Below, piece after piece: positions 20,288 through 34,055 of a DNA stretch of 63,567 nucleotides. The notes under the pieces were generated by a model. That model was given only the letters and a program-made list of their open reading frames with translations, searched no databases and was not told the origin of the DNA. The DNA is from an uncultured Coriobacteriaceae bacterium (GTDB taxonomy: Bacteria > Actinomycetota > Coriobacteriia > Anaerosomatales > SLCP01). Location: assembly GCA_964349355.1 (NCBI GenBank), contig CAYGFZ010000004.1, forward strand, positions 1 to 63,567, in the 5' to 3' direction. Position 1 is the stretch's first letter, and each line of letters begins with the position of its first letter. Both the position numbers and the translations under genes were made by a program.

Positions 20288-21348
20288 CGCGATCCCCTCC
20301 TTCCCACGAGCAGGTACAGGAAGAGCGGTGCACCGAGCAACGACGTGATCGCACCCACCGGCAGCACGACCGGCGAGATGACGGTACGCGCGACCGTGTC
20401 CGACACGAGCAGAAGCAGTGCCCCCGCGCATGCCGAGGCCGGCAGCACGAAACGGTAATCGTTGCCGAGCACCCGCCGCACGAGGTGCGGTCCAACGAGC
20501 CCGATGAAGCCGATGATGCCGAGGAACGCAACCGCACCGGCGGTCATGAGCGAACTCACGAACATGCCTTCGAGGCGCACCCGCTCGACGTCCACCCCTA
20601 ACCCCTCGGCGGCCTCGGTACCGGCCTCGAGCGCGTTGTAGTCCCATCGGCGAAACATCGTGTAGACAAGCCCGGCGGCGGTGATCGCCGCCATGATGGA
20701 GAGGTCGCGCCAGGACGCCCGACCGAGGTCGCCGAAGGTCCAGAACACGACAGCGGCGACCTGGGTGTCCTCGGCGAAGTACTGGAGCAGGACCGTGAGC
20801 GCGGCGAAGAGCGAGCCGATCGCCACTCCGGTGAGCACGACCGTCTCGGGCGCGGCGCTTCGAAACCGGGCGACCCCGACGATCACCACGGTCGCTGCGA
20901 GCGCGCCGGTGAAGGCGAACGCGGCAACGGGAAGGGCCGCGTTGACGCGTACCGCGCCTGCGATGAGGTTCTGGGTCGCACCGGCTCCCAACCCGATGAT
21001 GGCGAGCGCTGCCCCGAAAGCAGCGCCCTGCGAAATGCCGAGCGTGAACGGAGAGGCGAGCGGGTTTCGCAGCACGTTCTGCATCACCGCACCCGAGACG
21101 GCAAGCCCCATGCCCGCCACAACTCCGACGAGAACCCGCGGGAGCCGTATGTTCCAGACGATGACGGTGTTGACGCCCTCTTCGAGTCGGAGCAGCGCGC
21201 GCACGACGTCGACGGTCGACAGATCCGCAGCACCCGCTCCGACGGCGAGTACCGCGACCACAACGGTTGCCCCGAAGAGCCCGGCCGTGACAAGCGCCTT
21301 GCGCAGCGTGAACTCCCGGTAGGCTGCGTAGGAGTCTTGTGTGTGCAC
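20284..21348 (-). CDS. FecCD/BtuC-family ABC permease
   Basis: Polytopic, with LRNPLASPFTLGISQGAAFG typical of FecCD. GTG start at 21348 chosen because the upstream part of the ORF is Arg/Ser-rich and not protein-like. Confidence 0.85.
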   Translation of the reverse strand: MHTQDSYAAYREFTLRKALVTAGLFGATVVVAVLAVGAGAADLSTVDVVRALLRLEEGVNTVIVWNIRLPRVLVGVVAGMGLAVSGAVMQNVLRNPLASPFTLGISQGAAFGAALAIIGLGAGATQNLIAGAVRVNAALPVAAFAFTGALAATVVIVGVARFRSAAPETVVLTGVAIGSLFAALTVLLQYFAEDTQVAAVVFWTFGDLGRASWRDLSIMAAITAAGLVYTMFRRWDYNALEAGTEAAEGLGVDVERVRLEGMFVSSLMTAGAVAFLGIIGFIGLVGPHLVRRVLGNDYRFVLPASACAGALLLLVSDTVARTVISPVVLPVGAITSLLGAPLFLYLLVGRRGSR

Positions 21349-21364
21349 TGCCACAGGAGCCCGC

Positions 21365-22504
21365 CTACTCGCCGTCCGCCAGCAGGTCGATGGTGCCGAA
21401 CCCGCCCCCGTATACATCGGCGAGCTGGTCGTGGAGTGGCGTCCCGAGCAGGTGCTCGGAGATCTCGTCGAGCTTAGCGGCAGCATCGACGTCGGCGAAC
21501 TCGTCAGGGAAGAGCACCGTGCCCGCGTAGTAGCTGTTCGCCAGTGCGGTCTCGATGTTCGTCCAGTAGTTGTTGAAGGGTATCTGCGCATGTACCCTGC
21601 CCCCATGTACCGCACCGAGCGCATCGTAAAAGCCTCGGTTGGCCGAGATGTCCTCGAGCACGAGCGGCAGGCCGCCGCGGTCGATGAACAGGTAGTACGG
21701 GTCCCACTCGAGCAGCTGCTCCTTGTCGATCATCACGCTGCCCTTCTGGTCGAGCGAAGCGGTGACGCTGTTCGCCCCGATCGCAGCGAAGGGCGGGTAC
21801 TGGCCCTGCGTGCTCTCTATTCCCTGGGGTCCCTTGAAACTGATTGCCCCTGCGTATGCCGAAGGCCGCTCGGCGTCCGGAACCTCCGCGCCGCGCGCAC
21901 CGAGGTCGTCTATGGCGTCCCGCACGAAGCCGACGACTTCAGCGGCTCTCGACTGCACGCCGAGCACCTCGCCGATGAGTTCCACCGATTCGAAGAGTGC
22001 CTCGTCGAAATTGCCGAGGTCCCCATAGGTGACCACGAAGACGGGGATGCCGGTCGCGGCTTGGAGCTTGTCCGCCGCATCCCTGTCGACGATCTGCGCA
22101 ATGAATATCACGTCCGGTCCGGCAGCGAGTATCCTTTCGGCGTCGGGAGTGGAGTCAGGCCCGCCCTGCCCGATGACCGGCAGCTCAAGCAGTTCCGGGT
22201 AGGCGAGCAGATACGGCCGTTGGATCGGCGGCCGCGTCTCGATCTCCTCGATGCCGATGACCCGATCGACCGCACCGACGTAGCAGAGCAGCCTCAGTGT
22301 TCCCGGTCCGAGGGCGACCACCGAGTCGATGCTATCGGGGACCTCGACCGAACGGCCAGCGAGGTCGGTCACCGTGACCGCTGTGCCCGGCTCCGCAGGC
22401 GCCTGGACACGCTCTTCAACTGCGCTGGTGTCCCCGCATCCGGCAAACAGCGTCGTTAGCAGTCCGATCGCCACTAGCGCGGCGATAGTGCGCATTTTCG
22501 TCAT
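21365..22504 (-). CDS. periplasmic-binding-protein (FecB/BtuF-type) lipoprotein
   Basis: Lipobox LFAGCG. Class III (cluster A) SBP features. Same operon as the permease and ATPase. Confidence 0.85.
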   Translation of the reverse strand: MTKMRTIAALVAIGLLTTLFAGCGDTSAVEERVQAPAEPGTAVTVTDLAGRSVEVPDSIDSVVALGPGTLRLLCYVGAVDRVIGIEEIETRPPIQRPYLLAYPELLELPVIGQGGPDSTPDAERILAAGPDVIFIAQIVDRDAADKLQAATGIPVFVVTYGDLGNFDEALFESVELIGEVLGVQSRAAEVVGFVRDAIDDLGARGAEVPDAERPSAYAGAISFKGPQGIESTQGQYPPFAAIGANSVTASLDQKGSVMIDKEQLLEWDPYYLFIDRGGLPLVLEDISANRGFYDALGAVHGGRVHAQIPFNNYWTNIETALANSYYAGTVLFPDEFADVDAAAKLDEISEHLLGTPLHDQLADVYGGGFGTIDLLADGE

Positions 22505-22534
22505 CGTTCGCACCCCTTCCACATGTCCACAGGT

Positions 22535-23230
22535 CTACTCGTTGATCTCCCAGCCACGTCCATGCCGCGTGGAGCATGGAATACAGCACGGGGCGCCCCC
22601 AAGCACCCGGCTGCGTGGCTCCATGACACCCTCGCCACAGACCGAGCAGACCGCCGACTCGAAGATGCGCGCCTTTGGCGGCAGGTCCACCTCCACCTCT
22701 GCGACGCTGGCGAAGCGCTCCTCCGGCAACTCAGCAAGCGCAACAGACTGTTCGATATGGCGTTCCCAGAACAGTGCCCGCTCGTCCTCGGTCGCCCGAC
22801 CTCCCATCACGCGCTCACGCAGCGTAGCGTGTTCGGCATCGGTCTCGAACGCGTCCGGGCGCATGACGACCCTCACACCGGCTCCGGTGTCTCGTCGTGC
22901 GAGCGTGAAAGCTTGCTTGCCGTAGTCCTTATAGATCAGGTTGCCCTTGCCCATGGTGCACCCGGTAAGGAGCTGGAAGGCGTCCACACCGCACGCGTCG
23001 TTCTCGACTATGCCGACGAGCTGTTCATCGGAGCCGGGGGAGACGCCGAGTCGCTCCATCGCGATCGTTGCGGCGCGGTATCCCATGGTCAGCCCGGGAC
23101 AGAGATGGCCGTGGAAGTCGACGGCCGCCCGGAAATCTCCCGGGAGACGATCCCGGACCGCAGCATCGAGCCGCTCTGACGCTGGTGCGGGCGGTGGCGT
23201 GTCGCTTGTCCCGGAGGTATGTGCGTCCAC
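22535..23230 (-). CDS. FmdE-family protein
   Basis: FHGHLCPGLTMGYRAA motif and a C-terminal zinc ribbon CSVCGE...CCIPC. First gene of the ABC operon. Confidence 0.8.
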   Translation of the reverse strand: MDAHTSGTSDTPPPAPASERLDAAVRDRLPGDFRAAVDFHGHLCPGLTMGYRAATIAMERLGVSPGSDEQLVGIVENDACGVDAFQLLTGCTMGKGNLIYKDYGKQAFTLARRDTGAGVRVVMRPDAFETDAEHATLRERVMGGRATEDERALFWERHIEQSVALAELPEERFASVAEVEVDLPPKARIFESAVCSVCGEGVMEPRSRVLGGAPCCIPCSTRHGRGWEINE

Positions 23231-23602
23231 GGAGTCCCCCTTCTCTCAGCACCCGTGTTACGCATCTGCAACACGTGCTACCCAGTGATCGGGGACACCG
23301 TAACACGAATCCTGAAATCGTGTAAAGAAGACCTCCGAGGCAGTCGACGGTCAGTCGCGCGCCATAAGGTCTTCACCTCGGCCAGATCGTGGAGCCCGCC
23401 ATGGTGTCCTGCAATGACCGGAGCAAGGACGCCGAAAACGTCCTCGAGCAACGCAGCTGCGGTATTCCTGAGGTGGCGGTCCAGCCGCTGCCAGTCCCCC
23501 TTCGGCAGGCCGAGTGTGGGCCCAGTAGTCGCCCAATTCAGAATCCCCCTCGCTAACCGAGCATTGGTCCCACAATACTCGGGGAGGCTAGACGCCTCGG
23601 AC
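23231..23602 (-). promoter_or_regulatory. long structured leader of the fmdE-ABC operon, candidate cobalamin-type riboswitch (unverified)
   Basis: In mRNA sense: AGGGGGAUUCUGAAUU, CCCACACU, GAAGGGGGAC and GGCUGGACCGCC occur in the order of cobalamin-riboswitch core elements. Next comes GAAGACCU...AGGUCUUC-UUU, then a 9-bp stem CGUGUUACG/CGUAACACG just before the RBS. Confidence 0.3.
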
Positions 23603-24037
23603 TCAGGCGGTGGACGTCCCCGGCCCACCCTCGCAGCCCTCCCATAGCTCGCACGCCCACTCGCCGCAGATCGTCGCGCGGTGGGCCCGGGGCAACAGGC
23701 AGCCGGTGTCAGGGTGGCAGAACTGGCACTTGCGCGTGTCGACCCAGCCGGGGAGCGCGGCGCGGTACGCCGCGCCCTTCGGAGTCGGCAGATGGCTCAC
23801 CCGGGGGTCGTGCAGCGGATCGACGCCGGCCTCTCCCGCTACCATTGCGCCATCCTCGGCGATGCGCAACGCCCCGCTCGTCACGAGACGCTCTGTCCAC
23901 AGCGCGATATACTCCGGCAGCCATCCCTCGCCGATGTAGACGCCCTCCTCGTCGTGAGCCAGATACAGAGCACAGCACAGCCCACCGCACTCGTTGCACA
24001 GCTCAAACGAATCGATGTCGTTGGGGTGGGAGGTCAT
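23603..24037 (-). CDS. YkgJ/UPF0153-like cysteine-cluster protein
   Basis: ATG at 24037. CNECGGLCC and CQFCHPDTGC clusters. Only the last 144 codons of the tracked 232-aa ORF look protein-like. Confidence 0.55.
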   Translation of the reverse strand: MTSHPNDIDSFELCNECGGLCCALYLAHDEEGVYIGEGWLPEYIALWTERLVTSGALRIAEDGAMVAGEAGVDPLHDPRVSHLPTPKGAAYRAALPGWVDTRKCQFCHPDTGCLLPRAHRATICGEWACELWEGCEGGPGTSTA

Positions 24038-24053
24038 CGTGCTCGACCGCCCC

Positions 24054-25397
<1,344 letters not shown>

Positions 25398-25463
25398 CGG
25401 TGAGGACTCCTCGGCGTCGCGTGGACTGATCGCCTCACATTATCGCCGAGGAGACGAATCCGG

Positions 25464-26156
25464 TCATCCCATCCAGCTCGGGCCGCTCCCGCCTCCGTCG
25501 CCGCGCCCCTGTTCGCGAAGACGGATGCGCTCCTCGCGAAACGCCGCTCCCGGGTCGCCCGGCTCCAGCGTGGCCCTTCCGAACGCATCGACTACCTCGC
25601 CGAAGAACGTCTCAGCGTACTCTGCCCTCCAGTCATCGAGGGAGAGGTAGAAGACCGGCGAGAACGACAGTCCCATGTCCCCGACGAGTTCTATCACGTT
25701 GTTGAGAAGTGTCGTGCGCTCCATGGCGAGGTCGACGATGTCGGGGTTGAGGAAGTCCTCCCCGCAGTCGCACGGCATCCACATACAGGTGGCGCCTTCG
25801 CTGCGGATCACGATGTCGTAGCAGTAGTTACCCTCGCCGAGGAGCACTATCGTGTAGTCGCCGGCAGGATCCTCGTAGTCGCGCTCCCAGCCGCTGCCGA
25901 GCCGGGTCAGAGCGGACACGCGCGCCAGGGTCGCGAAGTCGACGGCCATCGATATCGGGCAGCGCGGCAGCTCCTTGATCGCTTCACGGATGTTCGCTCC
26001 GGTGACGAGCGACTTCTCGGGGACCTTCTCGCCGAGGAGCCCCACAGCAAGGCTGGCCTCGACCCAGGAGGTGGCGTTGAACACTATCCGCATCAGATCG
26101 GGGTCGGAGCTGTAGTAGGAGCGGATCTCGTCCACGAGCCGCGGGATCGTTCTCAT
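25464..26156 (-). CDS. hypothetical cytoplasmic protein
   Basis: Clean ORF upstream of purB on the same strand. No recognisable domain. Start uncertain. Confidence 0.5.
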   Translation of the reverse strand: MRTIPRLVDEIRSYYSSDPDLMRIVFNATSWVEASLAVGLLGEKVPEKSLVTGANIREAIKELPRCPISMAVDFATLARVSALTRLGSGWERDYEDPAGDYTIVLLGEGNYCYDIVIRSEGATCMWMPCDCGEDFLNPDIVDLAMERTTLLNNVIELVGDMGLSFSPVFYLSLDDWRAEYAETFFGEVVDAFGRATLEPGDPGAAFREERIRLREQGRGDGGGSGPSWMG

Positions 26157-26325
26157 GGGGCGTCGCCTTGTCGGTAGGGTGCACACGCGTGGTACCGTTG
26201 GATATCGGCAGCCTTGGGCAGGAACACAAGGGTCGGTGCGCCGGGCGGACAGCTGGCGTGCGGCGTGCTAGTCTCCTGGCCGAGACATCGGAGTCTGCTT
26301 CACGTTCCGAGATGAGAGAACGAAC

Positions 26326-26841
26326 ATGGGTCGATCAGACACATACGAGCAGCACCGTCGCTACGCCCCGGCACCCGTCGGGGCCGAGACCGACATCGAT
26401 TGGGAAGCGTCCGGCGTAGTCGGACTACTCCGGGAGGCCGGTCTGCGTCCTACCCCTGCCCGTCGCTGGATCGTGGCCCTTCTGCGCTCGGTACGGGTTC
26501 ACCCGACCGTTGACGAGCTGCAGCGCCTTCTGCACGACCTCGATCACGAGATCAGGCAGGCCACCCTCTACCAGAGCCTCGCCAAGCTCGCCGATGCCGG
26601 TGTGGTGTCGAGTTTCGTAGACGGGCAGGGCCTGCTTCGTTTCGACGCGAACGTCGGCACCCACCCTCATCTCATCTGCACCTCCTGCGGCCGCATCGCA
26701 GATCTCGAGCCTTCTCGGGCCGAAGAGCGCCGCATCGGGGGACTCGCCGCAGACCTCACCCGCGACCATGCCGGCTGGCTTGTCGCCGAGACCCGCATCG
26801 AACTGCGTGCCTTGTGTCCCGCCTGCGCGGATCGCGGGTAG
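26326..26841 (+). CDS. Fur-family regulator, PerR-like by context
   Basis: Winged helix (TVDELQRLL...ATLYQSLAKLADAGVV). HPHLICTSCG...CPAC metal sites. Adjacent rubrerythrin gene. Confidence 0.85.
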   Translation: MGRSDTYEQHRRYAPAPVGAETDIDWEASGVVGLLREAGLRPTPARRWIVALLRSVRVHPTVDELQRLLHDLDHEIRQATLYQSLAKLADAGVVSSFVDGQGLLRFDANVGTHPHLICTSCGRIADLEPSRAEERRIGGLAADLTRDHAGWLVAETRIELRALCPACADRG

Positions 26842-26886
26842 GGGCGGTTCCCGATCGATCGTGCCCCGGCTGACTTCCGGCTGCTC

Positions 26887-26914
26887 TTGACGGATACCTC
26901 CCGTCCGGTAAACT
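26887..26914 (+). promoter_or_regulatory. candidate sigma-70 promoter of rbr
   Basis: TTGACG, 16-nt spacer, TAAACT, just upstream of the palindrome. Confidence 0.35.
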
Positions 26915-26932
26915 ACTAACGTCTTGCACTAT

Positions 26933-26949
26933 CTCATAATGATTATGAG
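26933..26949. promoter_or_regulatory. Fur/PerR-box-like operator
   Basis: Perfect AT-rich palindrome CTCATAAT-G-ATTATGAG (7-1-7 Fur/PerR-box architecture), ~70 nt upstream of the rbr ATG. Confidence 0.6.
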
Positions 26950-27017
26950 TTTGAGTTCGCGCGCTGGCGGCAATGAACGAGAGACATCCTCAGACCTGGA
27001 AAGGAGCGACCGCCCCT

Positions 27018-27590
27018 ATGAGCATCAAGGGAACCCGCACCGAAGAGAACCTCCTCAAGGCCTTCGCAGGCGAATCACAGGCCCGCAATCGCTACACCTA
27101 CTACGCGGCCATCGCCAAGAAGGAAGGTTACGAGCAGATCGCCGAACTCTTCGCCGAGACCGCCGAGAACGAGAAGGAGCACGCCAAGGTCTTCTACAAG
27201 TACCTCGAGGGTGGCGAGGTCCAGATCACGGCCGACTACCCTGCCGGAACCCTCGGCACCACCGCCGAGAACCTCCTTCACGCCGCCGATGGCGAGCTGA
27301 TGGAGTGGGGCACCCTCTACCCCGACTTCGCCGACATCGCCGAGGAGGAAGGCTTCCTGAAGGTCGCCGCCTCGTTCCGCGAGATCGGCAAGGTCGAGGC
27401 GTTCCACGAGGCACGCTATCGCAAGCTTCTCGCAAACGTCGAGGGCGATCTTGTCTTCAAGCGTCCTGAGACATTCAAGTGGCACTGCCGCAACTGTGGC
27501 TACATCCATGAGGGCCCTGACGCCCCCGACATGTGCCCGGCCTGCGTTCACCCCAAGAAGTACTACGAGATCCTCGCCGAGAACTTCTAG
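27018..27590 (+). CDS. rbr: rubrerythrin
   Basis: AAGGAG RBS. Diiron EENLLKAFAGESQARNRY and ENEKEHA motifs. C-terminal rubredoxin CRNCG...CPAC. Confidence 0.92.
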   Translation: MSIKGTRTEENLLKAFAGESQARNRYTYYAAIAKKEGYEQIAELFAETAENEKEHAKVFYKYLEGGEVQITADYPAGTLGTTAENLLHAADGELMEWGTLYPDFADIAEEEGFLKVAASFREIGKVEAFHEARYRKLLANVEGDLVFKRPETFKWHCRNCGYIHEGPDAPDMCPACVHPKKYYEILAENF

Positions 27591-27612
27591 GTCCGCCCCG
27601 TTCGCACTGACC

Positions 27613-27650
27613 GAAGGGCGCCCCGCTCAACCCAGAGCAGGGCGCCCTTC
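27613..27650. terminator. hairpin between convergent rbr and ACT genes
   Basis: Perfect 11-bp stem GAAGGGCGCCC/GGGCGCCCTTC with a 16-nt loop. Confidence 0.5.
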
Positions 27651-27716
27651 TCGCTTCCCGAAGCCGCAGCGCTCGACGTGTCGTTGGAACGCATCTGCGA
27701 TCTGATGGCCCTCCCG

Positions 27717-28121
27717 TCACATCGCGCGAAGCGCCTCGGCGGCTCCGAACGGATCCGCGACCTTGAAGACCATCATCGCGTGTTGGCCGTCCGAGGCAGT
27801 TCCATAGACCCAGTCGACGTTGATGTCTGCATGAGCAAGCTTCTTCGCTGCGTCAGCGAGTGCTCCAGGGCGCGCGGGAAGATCGACCACGACGACATCG
27901 TTGCGCTCGACCTTCATGCCGACTATCTGCCCGAGTGCGACGGCGGCCTTCTCGTTGTCGCTCGTGATGAGCATGAACTCGCCGCGGTCATCCTTGTCGT
28001 ATGCCCCGATGGCGTGGATGTCCACTCCGGCGGCCGAGACCGCATCTGTGACCTGGGCAAGCAGACCAATATGGCTGGTGGCGCTGACGAACAGCTCCTG
28101 AACGACCTCTACGCGTGCCAT
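27717..28121 (-). CDS. tandem ACT-domain protein
   Basis: ATG at 28121 with a GGAGGA RBS. Two ACT-like repeats (IGLLAQVTDAVSAAGVDI and RPGALADAAKKLAHADINV). Confidence 0.7.
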   Translation of the reverse strand: MARVEVVQELFVSATSHIGLLAQVTDAVSAAGVDIHAIGAYDKDDRGEFMLITSDNEKAAVALGQIVGMKVERNDVVVVDLPARPGALADAAKKLAHADINVDWVYGTASDGQHAMMVFKVADPFGAAEALRAM

Positions 28122-28203
28122 GGCGATTCCTCCTGTGGACTCGTATGCTGCCGGCACTTGATACATACCCGACCGGGCGACGAGACGCAGGCAGCCCGCG
28201 ATT

Positions 28204-28929
28204 CTACCTCTCCTTGAACCCGGTCGCGATGTGAGAGCCGTCGCAGAACGGCTTGTTCGCCGAACGCCCGCACCTGCAAAGCGTCACCCGGTTGCGGACC
28301 TCGTAGGGCCTGCCGTCCACGCCGATGACGCAGATACCACCCCGGACCCACAGCGGGCCGCTCACACCGAGCGCAGGGTCCTCAACAAGCACGATCGACG
28401 GCTCGAGGTCGGGTTCGAGCGGCTCGCCAGAGACCTCATCGACCGCAAGGTAGCGGCCGGAAGGACACAGCATCGCTTCCTCCTCGGCCAAAGCACGCAC
28501 AACGGGATCGTCGCACTCCTTCACGAGATTCCAAAGGCCGCCGGCGCGGTCACAGAACCGTGCCTCGGCGCACAGATGGCGTGCGTCGCGCAGCTCGAGC
28601 CCGCTGCTCTCGATAGAGACCGAGGTCTCCATGTACGAGTCGCGGTTGGCCGTCTCGGTGCCGTCGAACTCCTCGGCGGCATGGCTGAAGTCACAGAACG
28701 GTTTTTCAGAAGACCTGCCACAGCGGCAGAGCAAATACGCGTCGTCGGTCGCGACGCGTCCGGTCTCTCGCCACGCGACCGCCTCGTCCTGTTCGTTCGT
28801 CACGATCTCGGCGCGCACGAGTGGAATGTCGCCGCTGACGGAGTAGGGACCGTGCTCGGTGATCTCGATGCGCATCCCTGAGGCCGGCGTCACGCCCGGG
28901 GCCACAGGCCCGTCGTATACCCTGCTCAT
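28204..28929 (-). CDS. CDGSH iron-sulfur domain protein (two CDGSH-type motifs plus a central Cys cluster)
   Basis: LCRCGRSSEKPFCDFSH and LCRCGRSANKPFCDGSH. Central motifs HLCAEARFC and LCPSGR. Confidence 0.85.
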   Translation of the reverse strand: MSRVYDGPVAPGVTPASGMRIEITEHGPYSVSGDIPLVRAEIVTNEQDEAVAWRETGRVATDDAYLLCRCGRSSEKPFCDFSHAAEEFDGTETANRDSYMETSVSIESSGLELRDARHLCAEARFCDRAGGLWNLVKECDDPVVRALAEEEAMLCPSGRYLAVDEVSGEPLEPDLEPSIVLVEDPALGVSGPLWVRGGICVIGVDGRPYEVRNRVTLCRCGRSANKPFCDGSHIATGFKER

Positions 28930-29700
28930 CTGCGGATTCCCTTTCGGCAGCGGCGAGTATGCCGCCTAAATAGCCACATGAGAGCTAGTAGGGCTCCGCC
29001 CGCCAGCCAGTACTTATCGGTCCCCGCCACGCGGTCGAGCAGCGGAGCCGGCGAGTCGCTCACGAGCGGCACCGGAGCGTAACGCTCGATGAACAGGCCT
29101 CTCCACGAGATCTCGCGCGAGCCGACACGCTCGACCACCTGCGCGGTCTCGTCGAACGGCACCTCGATGACGACGTCGTCGCGCCCCGGGTAGTTGGGAT
29201 CGTAGACCCGCACCCGCACGCGATCGGCTGCCACCTCTGCCCCCACCGCGAGCACCTGATGGTTGCGGAAGAGGTGTGTGCCGCCAAACGAGCTCACGAG
29301 CCCGAGCGGGACAGGACGACCGGACCTGAGGGCGCCGATGAGCGGCGCGAGCTCTCGGCGCGACTCCTCGGCGATTCCGAGAGGCCCGTGTGTGGGCAGG
29401 TAGGTGAACCAGACGAAGCGCCACAGGTTGATGCCAAGGCCGCCCGCAGCGCTCGCAACCTGACGTCGCCAGATGTAGCGCTCGAGTTCGGAATCGTGCA
29501 GCGGTAAAGCCCCGCCCTCCCCGCTCGGCGGCGTCTCGCCCGCATGGAAGTGATCGAGCGCCGCAAACACCATCCCGCCGCACCGTCCTCGCGACGCGAT
29601 GAGCCCGAGGAAGGTGTCACGCCAGGTGTTAGGGAAGGGCAGCCCGTGCGCCGAAGGAACGAACCCCGTGCTCACTGCCACTCCGGTGTCTCCGGTCGGC

Positions 29701-29708
<8 letters not shown>
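28926..29708 (-). CDS. predicted papain-like (C39/BtrH-like) cysteine peptidase-fold protein with C-terminal TM anchor
   Basis: ATGCGTAA overlap with the carB stop. GRCGGMVFAALDHF (Cys), NHQVLAVG (His) and YDPNYP motifs. C-terminal helix YWLAGGALLALMWLF. Confidence 0.5.
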
Positions 29709-32907
<3,199 letters not shown>

Positions 32908-32962
32908 GCGATCTCCTCAACCTTCGAACGTCGACGCGCACAGATGCAGCGCCGCTGCCACG

Positions 32963-33730
32963 TTATCTGTTGACCGGAATCCCCCGACCGGCCAGATACT
33001 CCTTGACCTCACCGACCGTGAAGGTGCGGAAGTGGAAGACCGATGCCGCAAGCAGTGCGCTCGCCTTGCCCTCCGTCACTCCCTCCCAGAAGTGCTCGAG
33101 GGTTCCTGCCCCACCGGAGGCGATCACCGGCAGCGCCACAGCCTCGGCGACCGCACGCGTGAAGGAGAGGTCGTAGCCGGCGAGCGTGCCATCGCCATCC
33201 ATGCTGGTCGGCAGGATCTCGCCGGCCCCCAGCTCCCCGCACCGGCGCGCCCACTCCACACAGTCGATGCCGGTGGGCCTCTGGCCGCCGCTCACCACGA
33301 CCTCGAGCCCGGATGGCATCTCGGAGTTGCGGCGTCCGTCGATCGCGACGATGACACGGTCGCGCCCGAACTCGCCTGCGGCCTCGGCTACGAACTCCGG
33401 CCGGGCCACGGCCGCGCTGTTCATGGAGATCTTCGCCACGCCTACGCCGAGGAGTGCCTCGATGTCCGCAAGTTCGTTGATACCTCCACCCACCGTGAGT
33501 GGTACCTCCCCGAGCGTCTGCGCGACCGAGCGCGCCCACCCCAGACGGGTCTTGCGGCCCTCGGCGGTCGCGGCTATATCGAGCATCGCGACCTCGTCGG
33601 CACCCGCCTCACGGTAGTAGGCGGCGTTCTCCACTGGGTCCCCGGCGTCGCGCAACTCGACGAAGTGCACGCCTTTGACGACGCGCCCGTCCTTCATGTC
33701 GAGACACGGGATGATCCTGACGGGCTCCAC
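32963..33730 (-). CDS. hisF: imidazole glycerol phosphate synthase cyclase subunit
   Basis: RIIPCLDMKDGRVVKGVHF and ASGGAG motifs. GTG start with an AGGAGGAG RBS. Confidence 0.9.
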   Translation of the reverse strand: MEPVRIIPCLDMKDGRVVKGVHFVELRDAGDPVENAAYYREAGADEVAMLDIAATAEGRKTRLGWARSVAQTLGEVPLTVGGGINELADIEALLGVGVAKISMNSAAVARPEFVAEAAGEFGRDRVIVAIDGRRNSEMPSGLEVVVSGGQRPTGIDCVEWARRCGELGAGEILPTSMDGDGTLAGYDLSFTRAVAEAVALPVIASGGAGTLEHFWEGVTEGKASALLAASVFHFRTFTVGEVKEYLAGRGIPVNR

Positions 33731-34055
33731 GGGCGACCCCTCTCCTCCTGAGTTACAGCGCGACGCACTCCAGGCATTCTACCCGACACGGACGCATTTC
33801 CGTTCGAGTGGCGCGTGGCCCCAGCGGGTATTCACACTGTGGAGGTGCATGCGTGGGTAACGCGTTGGCGCTCGTTATCGGAATCTTGAGATCGTCGTGC
33901 GCGGCGCACCCCGTGCGTTCACCGTTATGACGGGGCTGGTGGTCGCATATGTATGGCCCTACAACCTGCATCGCGTCCACCGGGAGAGACTCTGGAAAGT
34001 GCGCCGCCCGACCTGGACATAAGGCCTGACGGATCAGACATGAGGGGTCACAGAT

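Noticed and set aside
23278-23628. 116-aa ORF with Cas3-HD-like strings (DWQRLDRHLRNTAAALLEDVF and VIAGHHGGLHD), possibly an internally deleted cas3 relic.
   Set aside because: No other cas gene or CRISPR repeat is in the window, and the matches are short. The same DNA can be read as a riboswitch-like leader. I kept it only as an alternative hypothesis in the leader finding.
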